From assembly GCA_013335095.1 (NCBI GenBank), contig JAAXWF010000002.1:269566-333565 (forward strand): 64,000 nucleotides of DNA, given 5' to 3'. Each line of letters starts with the position of its first letter. Position 1 is the first letter of the stretch. This DNA comes from a candidate division WWE3 bacterium (GTDB lineage Bacteria > Patescibacteriota > 4484-211 > GCA-002791395). Positions 26,769-35,411 of this stretch are shown here, piece by piece. The notes under the pieces are model-generated. The model was given only the letters and a program-made list of their open reading frames with translations. It had not been told where the DNA came from and searched no databases. The translations under genes and the position numbers were made by a program.

Positions 26769-27485
26769 TTATGATTGTGCTGGGTCAGGAAGATTCCCGA
26801 CCTCCCTAATCGTAGCCGCCATCATACTAAGTCCATTGATGATCCAGATCGTGAGCCCAAGGCCATTCCCCAGGCCAATCAAAATACCTGCAGTAATAAT
26901 CCCAATCGTAATTGGAATTCTATCTGCAAGGCGTCGATCTTCGGTCCATCCCCAAATCACCGAGCGAAGCAGAGCGCCACCATCTGATGGGTGGCCGGGC
27001 ATGCAGTTGAATGCCCCGATCAGAATGTTCCCCTGTGCTGTATTGAAAAGTAGTACAGAGGGAATTATACCGATGACAGATCCGAACTTTAGCCACAGCG
27101 CAAAAAGCACCGTTCCGATCACAATGCTTGCAAGGGGACCAATAAGGTACACCCACAGCTCATGGAGATGCCTTCGCTGCCGATACGCAAACTCGATATT
27201 ACTTCCGATAATATAAATCGTTACCCGAGTGATCGGAAGCTTAATCAGCCGTGCGACCATAATATGCGACAACTCATGGATCCACAGACTCATCCCGAAC
27301 AATGCGATTGATACCGCACTAATCAGGTGGTACTGCCAGAGGGCAAAACCAGGCAGCTGATACGGATACTGAACCTTATACAGGATCACATAATCCATAA
27401 TCAACGCTAACCAGGTCGTCCAATGCAGCTTAACCGCCACGGTCTGTTTACGATGGGCGACTTCGCCTCTTCCAATTTGGGTCAC
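26769..27485 (-). CDS. Site-2 protease family (M50) membrane zinc metalloprotease
   Basis: The HExxH motif IHELSHIM sits in a TM helix of a polytopic membrane fold. Confidence 0.65.
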   Translation of the reverse strand: MTQIGRGEVAHRKQTVAVKLHWTTWLALIMDYVILYKVQYPYQLPGFALWQYHLISAVSIALFGMSLWIHELSHIMVARLIKLPITRVTIYIIGSNIEFAYRQRRHLHELWVYLIGPLASIVIGTVLFALWLKFGSVIGIIPSVLLFNTAQGNILIGAFNCMPGHPSDGGALLRSVIWGWTEDRRLADRIPITIGIITAGILIGLGNGLGLTIWIINGLSMMAATIREVGNLPDPAQS

Positions 27486-27557
27486 AAACTGTGCCTCCTT
27501 CTATGACACGATTAATGCGACAACGATATTATACACGACAAACTATAGGACACAACA

Positions 27558-29123
27558 TTACCGTACATGCCATACCATTCCTCCAAATCCGATATATACC
27601 AGCTGTAACTTTTCGTCTTGTGATAGTTGAGATATTAATGAATCGTAACCTGGAATGGGTTGTCCCTCTCTAGTTACCGGTACAAATATAAAATCGTAGG
27701 CTAAATCATCATCGTTGAGTTTATTTTGTAAACATCCCCACGCCAACTCACATTGCTTCAATGATCGAAATAATTCATGGGCGGTAGAAAATCGGTTATC
27801 AGATAACCATTCACTGCCTTGAACGGTTGTTATACTTTGCCGATTTGTTATGGCTGGAAACCACTCAGCCACATAATCATTCGACCAATACTGCTGTTCA
27901 CCTGGGCGAGGAATAAGCAAAAAACGAGCGTTATTAGGAGTAGATTCACTAATCCAAATCATAGCATCAGCTTCATTAATTGAGAGCGCGGAAAGTAGGG
28001 GATCTACCCGATTAATGAATAAAAATATCCCTCCCCAATAAATTAGCATTAAAATCACCAAACTAATCAAAATAAATCGCCCGTGGATAATGCGCTTAAA
28101 TGGAGTGAAATCATTCATCTGTGAGCGCATTGCTGGATAAATCACGTAAGAAATACCATATGCGCTCAATAATGCCATTAGGGGCGTACCGAAAGTAGCA
28201 GCACTGCGCGGTATCAGCACAATTATTAATCCTAACCATAGTGGTACATAAAATGAACCTCGCGCGATCTGCAATAAAATTCCGATTAACGCCAGTACGC
28301 TAATTAACGGAACAAATGGCTCGTGGGTAAAATCCCATAAAACGAAGTGAGTATAGAGTCCAAAACCCCAGCCACCGGTTTGAGAAGCATTCAAAAATGG
28401 TGCGACTCCGTGATACACAAGCACCGTGGCCCACCAGGGAGATGCGATTATTAACCCAATAAGAAGGCATATTAAAATATCTAATAGGCCCCTAAATAAT
28501 CCACGAAAATAAATTGACGAAACAGCAATACTTATAATCGCAAAGATAGTCATTTCTGGATGAGACAACATAGTCAATCCGAGTAAGACCCCGGCGAAAA
28601 ATAGCCGATATCGCAACGATGAAATAATGAGAATAATTGACCCGAGCGCCCAAACCATCCCGAGACTTCTTGTTAAACCTCCGCCCATAATTAACCATTC
28701 GAAACTCCGAGGCAGACTAATAAACAGCAATACTGCTAATACGCTAATCTTTTTATTTTTAGTTATGATCCAGCTGAACAGGTACATTAAGGGGATTGTT
28801 AAACTTGAGATAAAAACGGGCAACCATTTTATTAGTGAAAAAACAGGTATGTTGAATAAATTCGATACTAAAGCCGCAAGATAAAACGATAATGGGGGAT
28901 AGGCGAATGGTATGAAGACGTGATTGTATGAGGTAAATCGAGGGAGTACAAAATGATTTGTGATCAGGTCATTGATCATGGAATACCATAGCCCGCCATC
29001 ATTTAAAGGAAATTCATGAAATAATACTGGAGTCGCCCTAAATAGGAATCCGACTACCGTCAGTACGATGATCAATTTAACAGTGCGAAACGAGATTTTT
29101 ACCGAATGATCGTGTTCATTCAT
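27558..29123 (-). CDS. Polytopic membrane glycosyltransferase-like protein (GT-C / ArnT-PMT-like), putative
   Basis: A 521-aa ORF with about 12 TM helices. It lies near the GtrB and GtrA genes. The family call is inferred from topology and context only. Confidence 0.35.
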   Translation of the reverse strand: MNEHDHSVKISFRTVKLIIVLTVVGFLFRATPVLFHEFPLNDGGLWYSMINDLITNHFVLPRFTSYNHVFIPFAYPPLSFYLAALVSNLFNIPVFSLIKWLPVFISSLTIPLMYLFSWIITKNKKISVLAVLLFISLPRSFEWLIMGGGLTRSLGMVWALGSIILIISSLRYRLFFAGVLLGLTMLSHPEMTIFAIISIAVSSIYFRGLFRGLLDILICLLIGLIIASPWWATVLVYHGVAPFLNASQTGGWGFGLYTHFVLWDFTHEPFVPLISVLALIGILLQIARGSFYVPLWLGLIIVLIPRSAATFGTPLMALLSAYGISYVIYPAMRSQMNDFTPFKRIIHGRFILISLVILMLIYWGGIFLFINRVDPLLSALSINEADAMIWISESTPNNARFLLIPRPGEQQYWSNDYVAEWFPAITNRQSITTVQGSEWLSDNRFSTAHELFRSLKQCELAWGCLQNKLNDDDLAYDFIFVPVTREGQPIPGYDSLISQLSQDEKLQLVYIGFGGMVWHVR

Positions 29124-29248
29124 ACTTTTGCAAATGTACCGGCATTGTATCAGAATGAACGATCGCTAAAATGGTCCTTAAGGGATCAATATTTGTTGCC
29201 ACGAACAGCAAATTAATATAGTATGGTAGATAATACTTATCTTGCCCC

Positions 29249-31003
29249 ATGGACGTAAAACAAGTTAGTCGTTACTTCAAACACTTTGAATTTTCTATTT
29301 GGTCTTTGATCGTATTTCTTGGGATTCTGATAAATTTTTCTGGAATAGAATCGCTGATCCAACATGAATTCGCGATGAACATATTGCTTGGAGTAATTTC
29401 GATCTATACCCTCGTTCATTTTCGACTGATTCCCGCAGAAAAGCATACCAGTACCGTTATCGTTGCATCAACATTAATCTTTACCACGTTAACACTGTGC
29501 GTCGTGCATTTTAGCGGTTCCTTTGACAGTATATTTTTTCCGGTAATTTATATCCCGATACTTTTTTCGATGATGATGGCCGGATGGAGAGTCGTTCTTA
29601 TCGTCGGATTCTATACGTTGGCGTTTCTGTCGTTTGAATTTCTGATCTATTTTTTGCCCCTTCACGGGTGGGCGACAGAATCAATCCGAATATTACTAGA
29701 TCGAGTAATTGGTTTAGTGATCGTTACCTATATCTCTTATGTCAACACACAGGAAGTCTTAACGCGGGCCAAAGAGAATCTAGCATTACAAGAAGAAAAG
29801 GAAAAGATACATGCAATACAACAGCGAGAAGAAACGATCTTCCAATCAATCCAAGACATGGTGATTGCGCTTGATAAAACAGGAAAAGTCATACTCTCAA
29901 ATCGGAGCTTTGAAAATACAATGGGCTTGCCTCGAATAGATATATTAAATAAGCATTATCGTGATCTATTTAACATTTTTGAGATTGATCATTTAGGTAA
30001 TTTGATTGCCGAGATCGACTTGCTTCTAACAAAAGAGTTTTCGATTTTCTTTAGTGATGCCGAAAAAAATAATGACAACCGAGACCTCAAATTAGTCAGC
30101 AAACACAATCAAAAGGAAGTATTCATTGAACTAACAAATTCTCCATTATCAGCTGAAACCGATCAAACCGTCGAAGGCGCGGTTGTGGTAATGCGAGATG
30201 TAACCGATCAAAAACAACTCGATAAGATGAAGCTTGATTTCGTTTCAATGGCGGCGCATGAGCTGCGAACCCCAATAACAGCAGTACGCGGTTATCTTAG
30301 CGCACTTAAAGAAGAAGCATGGAACGTACTTAATGAAGAGCAAAAACGCTTTGTTGATCGGGCCGATATTGCATCAATACAGCTTGCGACTTTAATGGAG
30401 AACCTTTTATCAGTTTCACGTATCGAGCGCGGTTCGTTTAATTTAGATCGACGCGAAACTGATTGGAAAAAATTAGTCGAGCAACGCGTTGAAGAGTTTC
30501 AAACCCGAGCCGAAGCTCATGGACTCGCATTAATTTATCAGGCCCCACCAGTGGATATTCCGAAAGTGTTTGTCGACCCACTTCGTATTATCGAGGTGCT
30601 AAATAATCTTATTTCAAACGCAATAAATTACACCAACGAAGGACGGGTTGAAGTACGAGTAGAATATGATCCAAAAGAAGAGGTCGTTATAACCAACATC
30701 CAAGATACAGGCCAAGGAGTCCCACAAGATGCCCTTCCTCATATGTTTGAAAAGTTCTTCCGAGTATCGGGTGTGCTCGAACAGGGATCCAAAGGTACAG
30801 GACTGGGACTTTATATTTCAAAGCAAATTGCCGAGTTACATGGTGGTAAAATATGGGTGCAGAGTAAAGTTGATATAGGTTCAACGTTTAGTTTTAGCGT
30901 ACCGACGATAAATAATAAAAATATTCAGGAAGCGCTAAAAACACAACCACAAGCAGTTCGGCAAGCGTATCATGGACAACGGCCAACCACAAACCCAACC
31001 TAA
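29249..31003 (+). CDS. Membrane sensor histidine kinase (6 TM + PAS + HisKA + HATPase)
   Basis: The H-box reads AAHELRTPITAVRGYLSAL. NAINYT, DTGQGVP and GTGLGLYISKQI mark the ATPase domain. Confidence 0.9.
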   Translation: MDVKQVSRYFKHFEFSIWSLIVFLGILINFSGIESLIQHEFAMNILLGVISIYTLVHFRLIPAEKHTSTVIVASTLIFTTLTLCVVHFSGSFDSIFFPVIYIPILFSMMMAGWRVVLIVGFYTLAFLSFEFLIYFLPLHGWATESIRILLDRVIGLVIVTYISYVNTQEVLTRAKENLALQEEKEKIHAIQQREETIFQSIQDMVIALDKTGKVILSNRSFENTMGLPRIDILNKHYRDLFNIFEIDHLGNLIAEIDLLLTKEFSIFFSDAEKNNDNRDLKLVSKHNQKEVFIELTNSPLSAETDQTVEGAVVVMRDVTDQKQLDKMKLDFVSMAAHELRTPITAVRGYLSALKEEAWNVLNEEQKRFVDRADIASIQLATLMENLLSVSRIERGSFNLDRRETDWKKLVEQRVEEFQTRAEAHGLALIYQAPPVDIPKVFVDPLRIIEVLNNLISNAINYTNEGRVEVRVEYDPKEEVVITNIQDTGQGVPQDALPHMFEKFFRVSGVLEQGSKGTGLGLYISKQIAELHGGKIWVQSKVDIGSTFSFSVPTINNKNIQEALKTQPQAVRQAYHGQRPTTNPT

Positions 31004-31397
31004 ACAAATCTTGTTTATCGAAGATGACCTACTTCTGCGAGATATTTATTCACGTAGTTTAACGAAAGCGGGCTTTAACGTTGTAATGGCTGAAGATGGT
31101 GTTATTGGACTTGAAAAAGCCGATGATCAACCGTTTGATCTAATATTACTTGATGTGATGATGCCCAAGATGCATGGAATTGACGTGTTAAAACATTTAA
31201 AAATGAATGTAAAGACAAAAGACATTCCAGTCCTGATGATGACCAATCTAGGACAAGAAAGCGTTCTCGAAGAAGCCTTTGGGCTTGGAGCTATTGGATT
31301 TCTGATTAAAGCAAAACTACTTCCGCCAGAGCTATCTCAAAATCTAAAAACATACTTTGAGACTGGCCAAATGCCAATAAATATCAAATCTATATAA
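30972..31397 (+). CDS. Single-domain response regulator (CheY-like receiver)
   Basis: ILFIEDD, DLILLDVMMP and the Thr/Lys motifs MMTNLG..KAK are present. It overlaps the kinase gene by 32 nt. Confidence 0.85.
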   Translation: MDNGQPQTQPKQILFIEDDLLLRDIYSRSLTKAGFNVVMAEDGVIGLEKADDQPFDLILLDVMMPKMHGIDVLKHLKMNVKTKDIPVLMMTNLGQESVLEEAFGLGAIGFLIKAKLLPPELSQNLKTYFETGQMPINIKSI

Positions 31398-31583
31398 GAT
31401 CTTCACATTCGTTGACATTCGTTTTATACTAATAACCACAATTATATTTGTCTGTTGAGAGCGTAGTAATGTCACGATTTTACAGAGAGGGGAGCAGAAG
31501 TTGAGAATCCCTAAATCACATTACCAAGACCACTCGGCATAAAAAAGACAACGTGCCATCACGAACGATGTAAAATTAAGATG

Positions 31584-31653
31584 GTCGCTAAAGCGGCAAT
31601 CAGGATGGAACCTCCCATAACTGGGATCCTGAAAGCGTTAGGCGACTTTTTTT
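31584..31653 (+). promoter_or_regulatory. Leader terminator/attenuator in front of thrS (T-box-like candidate)
   Basis: An imperfect long hairpin, GTCGC..TCAGGAT / ATCCTGA..GCGAC, ends in TTTTTTT 1 to 7 nt before the thrS start. Its 5' arm contains AATCAGGATGGAACCTCC, resembling the T-box consensus AATTAGGGTGGTACCGCG. Confidence 0.35.
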
Positions 31654-31654
31654 A

Positions 31655-33421
31655 TTGAATATGAAAAATAACGAATACCTACTACATCTCCGCCATACCA
31701 GCGCACATCTTTTGGCTGCAGCTGTTTTAGAACTATGGCCAGAGACCAAGCAAACCATCGGGCCAGCCATAGATACGGGGTTTTATTATGATTTTGAATT
31801 TGCAAAACCGATCACCGAGGAAGACCTACCTAAAATCGAAGCGAAAATGGCTGAACTTTTGAACGGTTGGTTTACAATCACACATCGAGAAGTGAGTCCT
31901 GAGGAAGCCAAACAATTATTCTCAAATAACCAATATAAGCACGAACTCATTGATGAATTTGCAAGTGAAGGTCAAACGCTGACCGTATATACCAGTGGTT
32001 CATATACTGACCTTTGTCGGGGCGGCCATGTCGAACACCCGGCCAAAGAAATCGGTGGATTTAAGCTTTTATCAATAGCGGGTGCATATTGGCGAGGTGA
32101 CGAAAAAAATAAGATGTTAACCCGAATTTATGGTACTGCATTCCCAACCAAAAACGAACTCGAAAAGTACTTAGCCGAATTAGAAGAAGCTAAAAAGCGG
32201 GATCACCGCAAGATCGGTAAAGAACTTGATTTATTTGCGTTCTCGGATCTTGTCGGTGCTGGTTTACCGCTATTTACTCCCAACGGAACAATTATCCGTA
32301 TGGAGCTCCAAAATGCGCTTTTTGAAATAAGTCGTAAATATTCGGTACTTCCGGTAACAATACCTCACTTAGCCAAGATTAAATTGTATGAGACATCGGG
32401 ACATGCCCAAAAGTTTGCTGGGGAATTATTTAGGGTAATTAGTCATTATGATGAAGAATTTGTCATGAAGCCGGTCAATTGTCCCCATCATACTCAAATT
32501 TATGCATCTCAGCCTCGTAGTTATCGAGATCTGCCGCTGCGATATATGGAATCAACCATGCAGTATCGCGATGAAAAACCAGGTGAAATAGGTGGATTAA
32601 CCCGCGTACGCTCAATAACTTGTGATGATGGGCATACATTTTGCACAGTCGACCAAATCAAAGAAGAGGCTCAAAACATCTGCCGGATTATCGAGGAATT
32701 TTATACCGGACTAGGGCTTTTTGGTAATCATTGGGTATCACTATCTGTTAGGGATCCTCAAAAACCAGACGCATATATCGGAGAACCTGCGGATTGGGAA
32801 AGAGCGGAGATGATGCTTCAACTAATATCCGATCAATTAGGACTAAATGCCATTCGACAAGAAGGGGAGGCCGCTATCTATGGACCTAAATTAGATTACA
32901 TGTTTAAAGATTCTCTCGGTAAAGAGCGCCAGCTCGCGACGGTCCAAATAGACTTTGCCATGCCAAAACGATTCGGATTAACATATATTGACCAACAAGG
33001 CAGCGAACAAACACCTGTCATGCTGCACCGTGCGATACTAGGTTCGTATGAACGATTTTTGGCGATCCTCATTGAACATTTTGCGGGAGCATTTCCATTG
33101 TGGCTTCACCCGACACAGGTTGCATTAATACCGATTAGTGAAAATCAACTCGAATATGCTCGAGCAATTGAGCAAAAAATTCGAGAGCTAATGCCAACAG
33201 TACGATTATCAATTGATACATCCAACGAAACACTACAAAAAAAGATTCGAAATGCACAAATGCTAAAGACTCCGTATATGTTAGTTATTGGCGGGAAAGA
33301 GCAACAGAATAACACCGTCAATGTCCGCTTACGAACTGGTGAATCACTTGGGGAATTAACTCCAGAGGAATTTGCTAAACGAATTGTTGAAAAGACTAAC
33401 CAGAGATCCCTTGATTTATAA
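31655..33421 (+). CDS. thrS: Threonyl-tRNA synthetase, reduced form lacking the N-terminal domains
   Basis: HRDLPLRYMESTMQYRDE, GLTRVRSITCDDGHTF and RAILGSYERF are class II motifs specific to ThrRS. The alternative start is the ATG at 31661. Confidence 0.9.
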   Translation: MNMKNNEYLLHLRHTSAHLLAAAVLELWPETKQTIGPAIDTGFYYDFEFAKPITEEDLPKIEAKMAELLNGWFTITHREVSPEEAKQLFSNNQYKHELIDEFASEGQTLTVYTSGSYTDLCRGGHVEHPAKEIGGFKLLSIAGAYWRGDEKNKMLTRIYGTAFPTKNELEKYLAELEEAKKRDHRKIGKELDLFAFSDLVGAGLPLFTPNGTIIRMELQNALFEISRKYSVLPVTIPHLAKIKLYETSGHAQKFAGELFRVISHYDEEFVMKPVNCPHHTQIYASQPRSYRDLPLRYMESTMQYRDEKPGEIGGLTRVRSITCDDGHTFCTVDQIKEEAQNICRIIEEFYTGLGLFGNHWVSLSVRDPQKPDAYIGEPADWERAEMMLQLISDQLGLNAIRQEGEAAIYGPKLDYMFKDSLGKERQLATVQIDFAMPKRFGLTYIDQQGSEQTPVMLHRAILGSYERFLAILIEHFAGAFPLWLHPTQVALIPISENQLEYARAIEQKIRELMPTVRLSIDTSNETLQKKIRNAQMLKTPYMLVIGGKEQQNNTVNVRLRTGESLGELTPEEFAKRIVEKTNQRSLDL

Positions 33422-33516
33422 CAGTTTAGAATATTTAATTCCAATTGTTTTTTTGCCTTCTCTTTCCTATAATCGACATCACGGTTAATACGCCCTACCA
33501 GAAAAGGAGTGATCCA

Positions 33517-33954
33517 ATGATGGATCCAAATGCCGTAGGAACCCCAGCCGTCCATTCAATACGAGTCTGGGTAGTTGCCCCGGACGACCGCAGAGATGTG
33601 CTGGAAATTTTCCAGCATAGTGAAGGGCAACAGTTTCAGGTCGATATCGTAATTATCGATATGAATAAACCCCATGGGAAACTCGCTGGACTACCCGATG
33701 AAAACACATGTTTCATCGTCTGCCGAAATGCTCCAGTTGTGGAACAATTGGACGATTTCACCCCCGACTTGCTGAAAGTAGTCCCCGGAGGTATAGGCGG
33801 CATCGAACTGCCAACGTACGTCTTCACGGGAAGCCTCCTTCAGTTTCTTCTTAGCCTTGAAGGAAAAGAGGTATACCCGATCCGTACAGATATTGAGTTT
33901 GGACTCGATATCCATCGGCTTAAATTGGGAGAGACGTGCAAAATAATTGAGTAA
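33517..33954 (+). CDS. Hypothetical protein (GC-rich) inserted between thrS and infC
   Basis: An AAAGGAG RBS precedes ATGATG at 33517. The ORF track extends it to 33445. No family was recognised. A hairpin AAAAGGGAGGGG / CCTCTCCCTTTT follows its stop at 33983-34014. Confidence 0.45.
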   Translation: MMDPNAVGTPAVHSIRVWVVAPDDRRDVLEIFQHSEGQQFQVDIVIIDMNKPHGKLAGLPDENTCFIVCRNAPVVEQLDDFTPDLLKVVPGGIGGIELPTYVFTGSLLQFLLSLEGKEVYPIRTDIEFGLDIHRLKLGETCKIIE

Positions 33955-34073
33955 AGACTACGCGGAACATGCGTAAAAAGGGAGGGGAGCACAGTCCTCT
34001 CCCTTTTATAACGCCAGTATCAAATACGTACATTGCGCTTGAAAACTGTTTCTGCTACAATACCGGGCGTATA

Positions 34074-34592
34074 GTGAAGAAAAATAACGGATTGTATTAT
34101 CCTACCAATCAAAATATTCGAGATAATGAGCTTCGAGTTATTGATGCGGAGGGACAAAATCTAGGGATATTGAGTCGGGAAGTAGCGCTCACTAAAGCCG
34201 CTGAAGCAGGTTTAGATCTAGTATTGATTTCAGCCCATGCAAAGCCGCCGGTTGCGCGCATTGTCGACTATAGCAAATTTAAATACGAAAAAGAAAAAGC
34301 TGCGGCACAAAGTCGAAAGGGAAGATCATCTGAAGTCAAGGAGCTTCGGTTCCGTCCTAATATTGATGATCATGACCTTGAAGTCCGGATAAAACGAACA
34401 CTAGAATTTATCAAAGATGGTAATAAAGTGAAGTTCACGATTCGATTTTCTGGACGAATGATTACTCGAAAACAGCTTGGATATGAAAAAATGGGACGCA
34501 TTATCAAAGCACTTGAAGGTATTGCAGAAGTAGAAAAGCAACCCGCATTTGAGGGTGATATGCTCATAACGATAGTAAAGCCAGTAAAATAA
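34074..34592 (+). CDS. infC: Translation initiation factor IF-3
   Basis: NQNIRDNELRVIDAEGQNLGILSREVALTKAAEAGLDLVLIS matches the IF-3 N-domain. The ORF track starts it at 33969, but homology begins near the GTG at 34074 or the ATA at 34071. Confidence 0.85.
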   Translation: MKKNNGLYYPTNQNIRDNELRVIDAEGQNLGILSREVALTKAAEAGLDLVLISAHAKPPVARIVDYSKFKYEKEKAAAQSRKGRSSEVKELRFRPNIDDHDLEVRIKRTLEFIKDGNKVKFTIRFSGRMITRKQLGYEKMGRIIKALEGIAEVEKQPAFEGDMLITIVKPVK

Positions 34593-34594
34593 TT

Positions 34595-34798
34595 ATGCCA
34601 AAGATGAAAACCCGAAAAGGGGTTGTAAAACGAGTTAAATTAACCGGAAGTAAGCGAGCTCCTAAAATACTTCGTAGGAAACGGGTTATTGGTAATTTTA
34701 CCAAAGCTCGCAATGCAGCTAAGCGAAGTAATCGGAAGCCTGTTGAAATTAAAACAGCTGATCGCCGCGTATTGAAGAAATTATTACCAGGAATATGA
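34595..34798 (+). CDS. rpmI: 50S ribosomal protein L35
   Basis: MPKMKTRKGVVKRVKLTGSKRAP is the canonical bL35 sequence. Confidence 0.9.
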   Translation: MPKMKTRKGVVKRVKLTGSKRAPKILRRKRVIGNFTKARNAAKRSNRKPVEIKTADRRVLKKLLPGI

Positions 34799-35136
34799 GA
34801 GTAAAAAAAGGTACAACACGAGCACGAAAACATCGAGAAATAAAATCAGAAGCCAAAGGCTTTATTGGTCATCGTCGCCGAACAATTAAGGGTGCAAAAG
34901 AGGGAATAATGCATTCGCTCAAAAACGCCTTCGTCGGACGGAAAGACAAGAAAGCTAATATGCGCGCATTATGGATTATTCGAATCAATGCTATTCTCTC
35001 AGAAAAGAATATTTCATACTCCCGATTCATTAAACAACTAAAAGATAAAAATATTATTTTAAACCGAAAGATCTTGAGTGAAATAGCTGTACAAGACCCT
35101 GCCACCTTTGATAAAATAATCAAAGAAGTTGCCTAA
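34795..35136 (+). CDS. rplT: 50S ribosomal protein L20
   Basis: MRVKKGTTRARKHREIKSEAKGFIGHRRR is canonical bL20. It joins rpmI through an ATGA junction. Confidence 0.9.
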   Translation: MRVKKGTTRARKHREIKSEAKGFIGHRRRTIKGAKEGIMHSLKNAFVGRKDKKANMRALWIIRINAILSEKNISYSRFIKQLKDKNIILNRKILSEIAVQDPATFDKIIKEVA

Positions 35137-35342
35137 TGAACGTTATATCAACAGTCATACGAGACTTTTTTACTGTTTTTGTGATTCTCCAATTATTGTT
35201 TGGGTATCTTGAATATCGTCATACACCTGATTTTATCTATATCGTTGGTCGTCTATTCTCATCTAAATATTTAGTCCCGTCACTAATAATTCCGATTGCA
35301 TATATCATCCTAAAAGCATTGTTAAACTTTCTCTTTGCATAA
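35136..35342 (+). CDS. Hypothetical small hydrophobic protein
   Basis: A 68-aa ORF with two predicted TM helices. Its start overlaps the rplT stop (TAATG). Confidence 0.3.
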   Translation: MNVISTVIRDFFTVFVILQLLFGYLEYRHTPDFIYIVGRLFSSKYLVPSLIIPIAYIILKALLNFLFA

Positions 35343-35411
35343 TTGAAGCTAATCTTTGCGTAAGGTTAGCAATGAGGTACAATCAATACACACCCCACAA
35401 CAAAGCATGTT

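Noticed and set aside
26775-27216. Plus-strand ORFs (70 to 126 aa) inside the M50 protease gene
   Set aside because: They are antisense to an ORF with a clear HExxH membrane-protease signature. They have no independent signals.
33445-33516. Upstream extension of the 33517 ORF to the ATG at 33445 (MFFCLLFPIIDITVNT...)
   Set aside because: The extension lacks an RBS and overlaps the likely promoter (TTGTTT-17-TATAAT at about 33448-33476). The ATGATG at 33517 has AAAGGAG 7 nt upstream.
33969-34073. N-terminal extension of infC to the ATG at 33969 (MRKKGGEHSPLPFITPVSNT...)
   Set aside because: The extension runs through a stable hairpin terminator and a predicted promoter and has no similarity to IF-3. 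Homology starts at NQNIRDNELRV.
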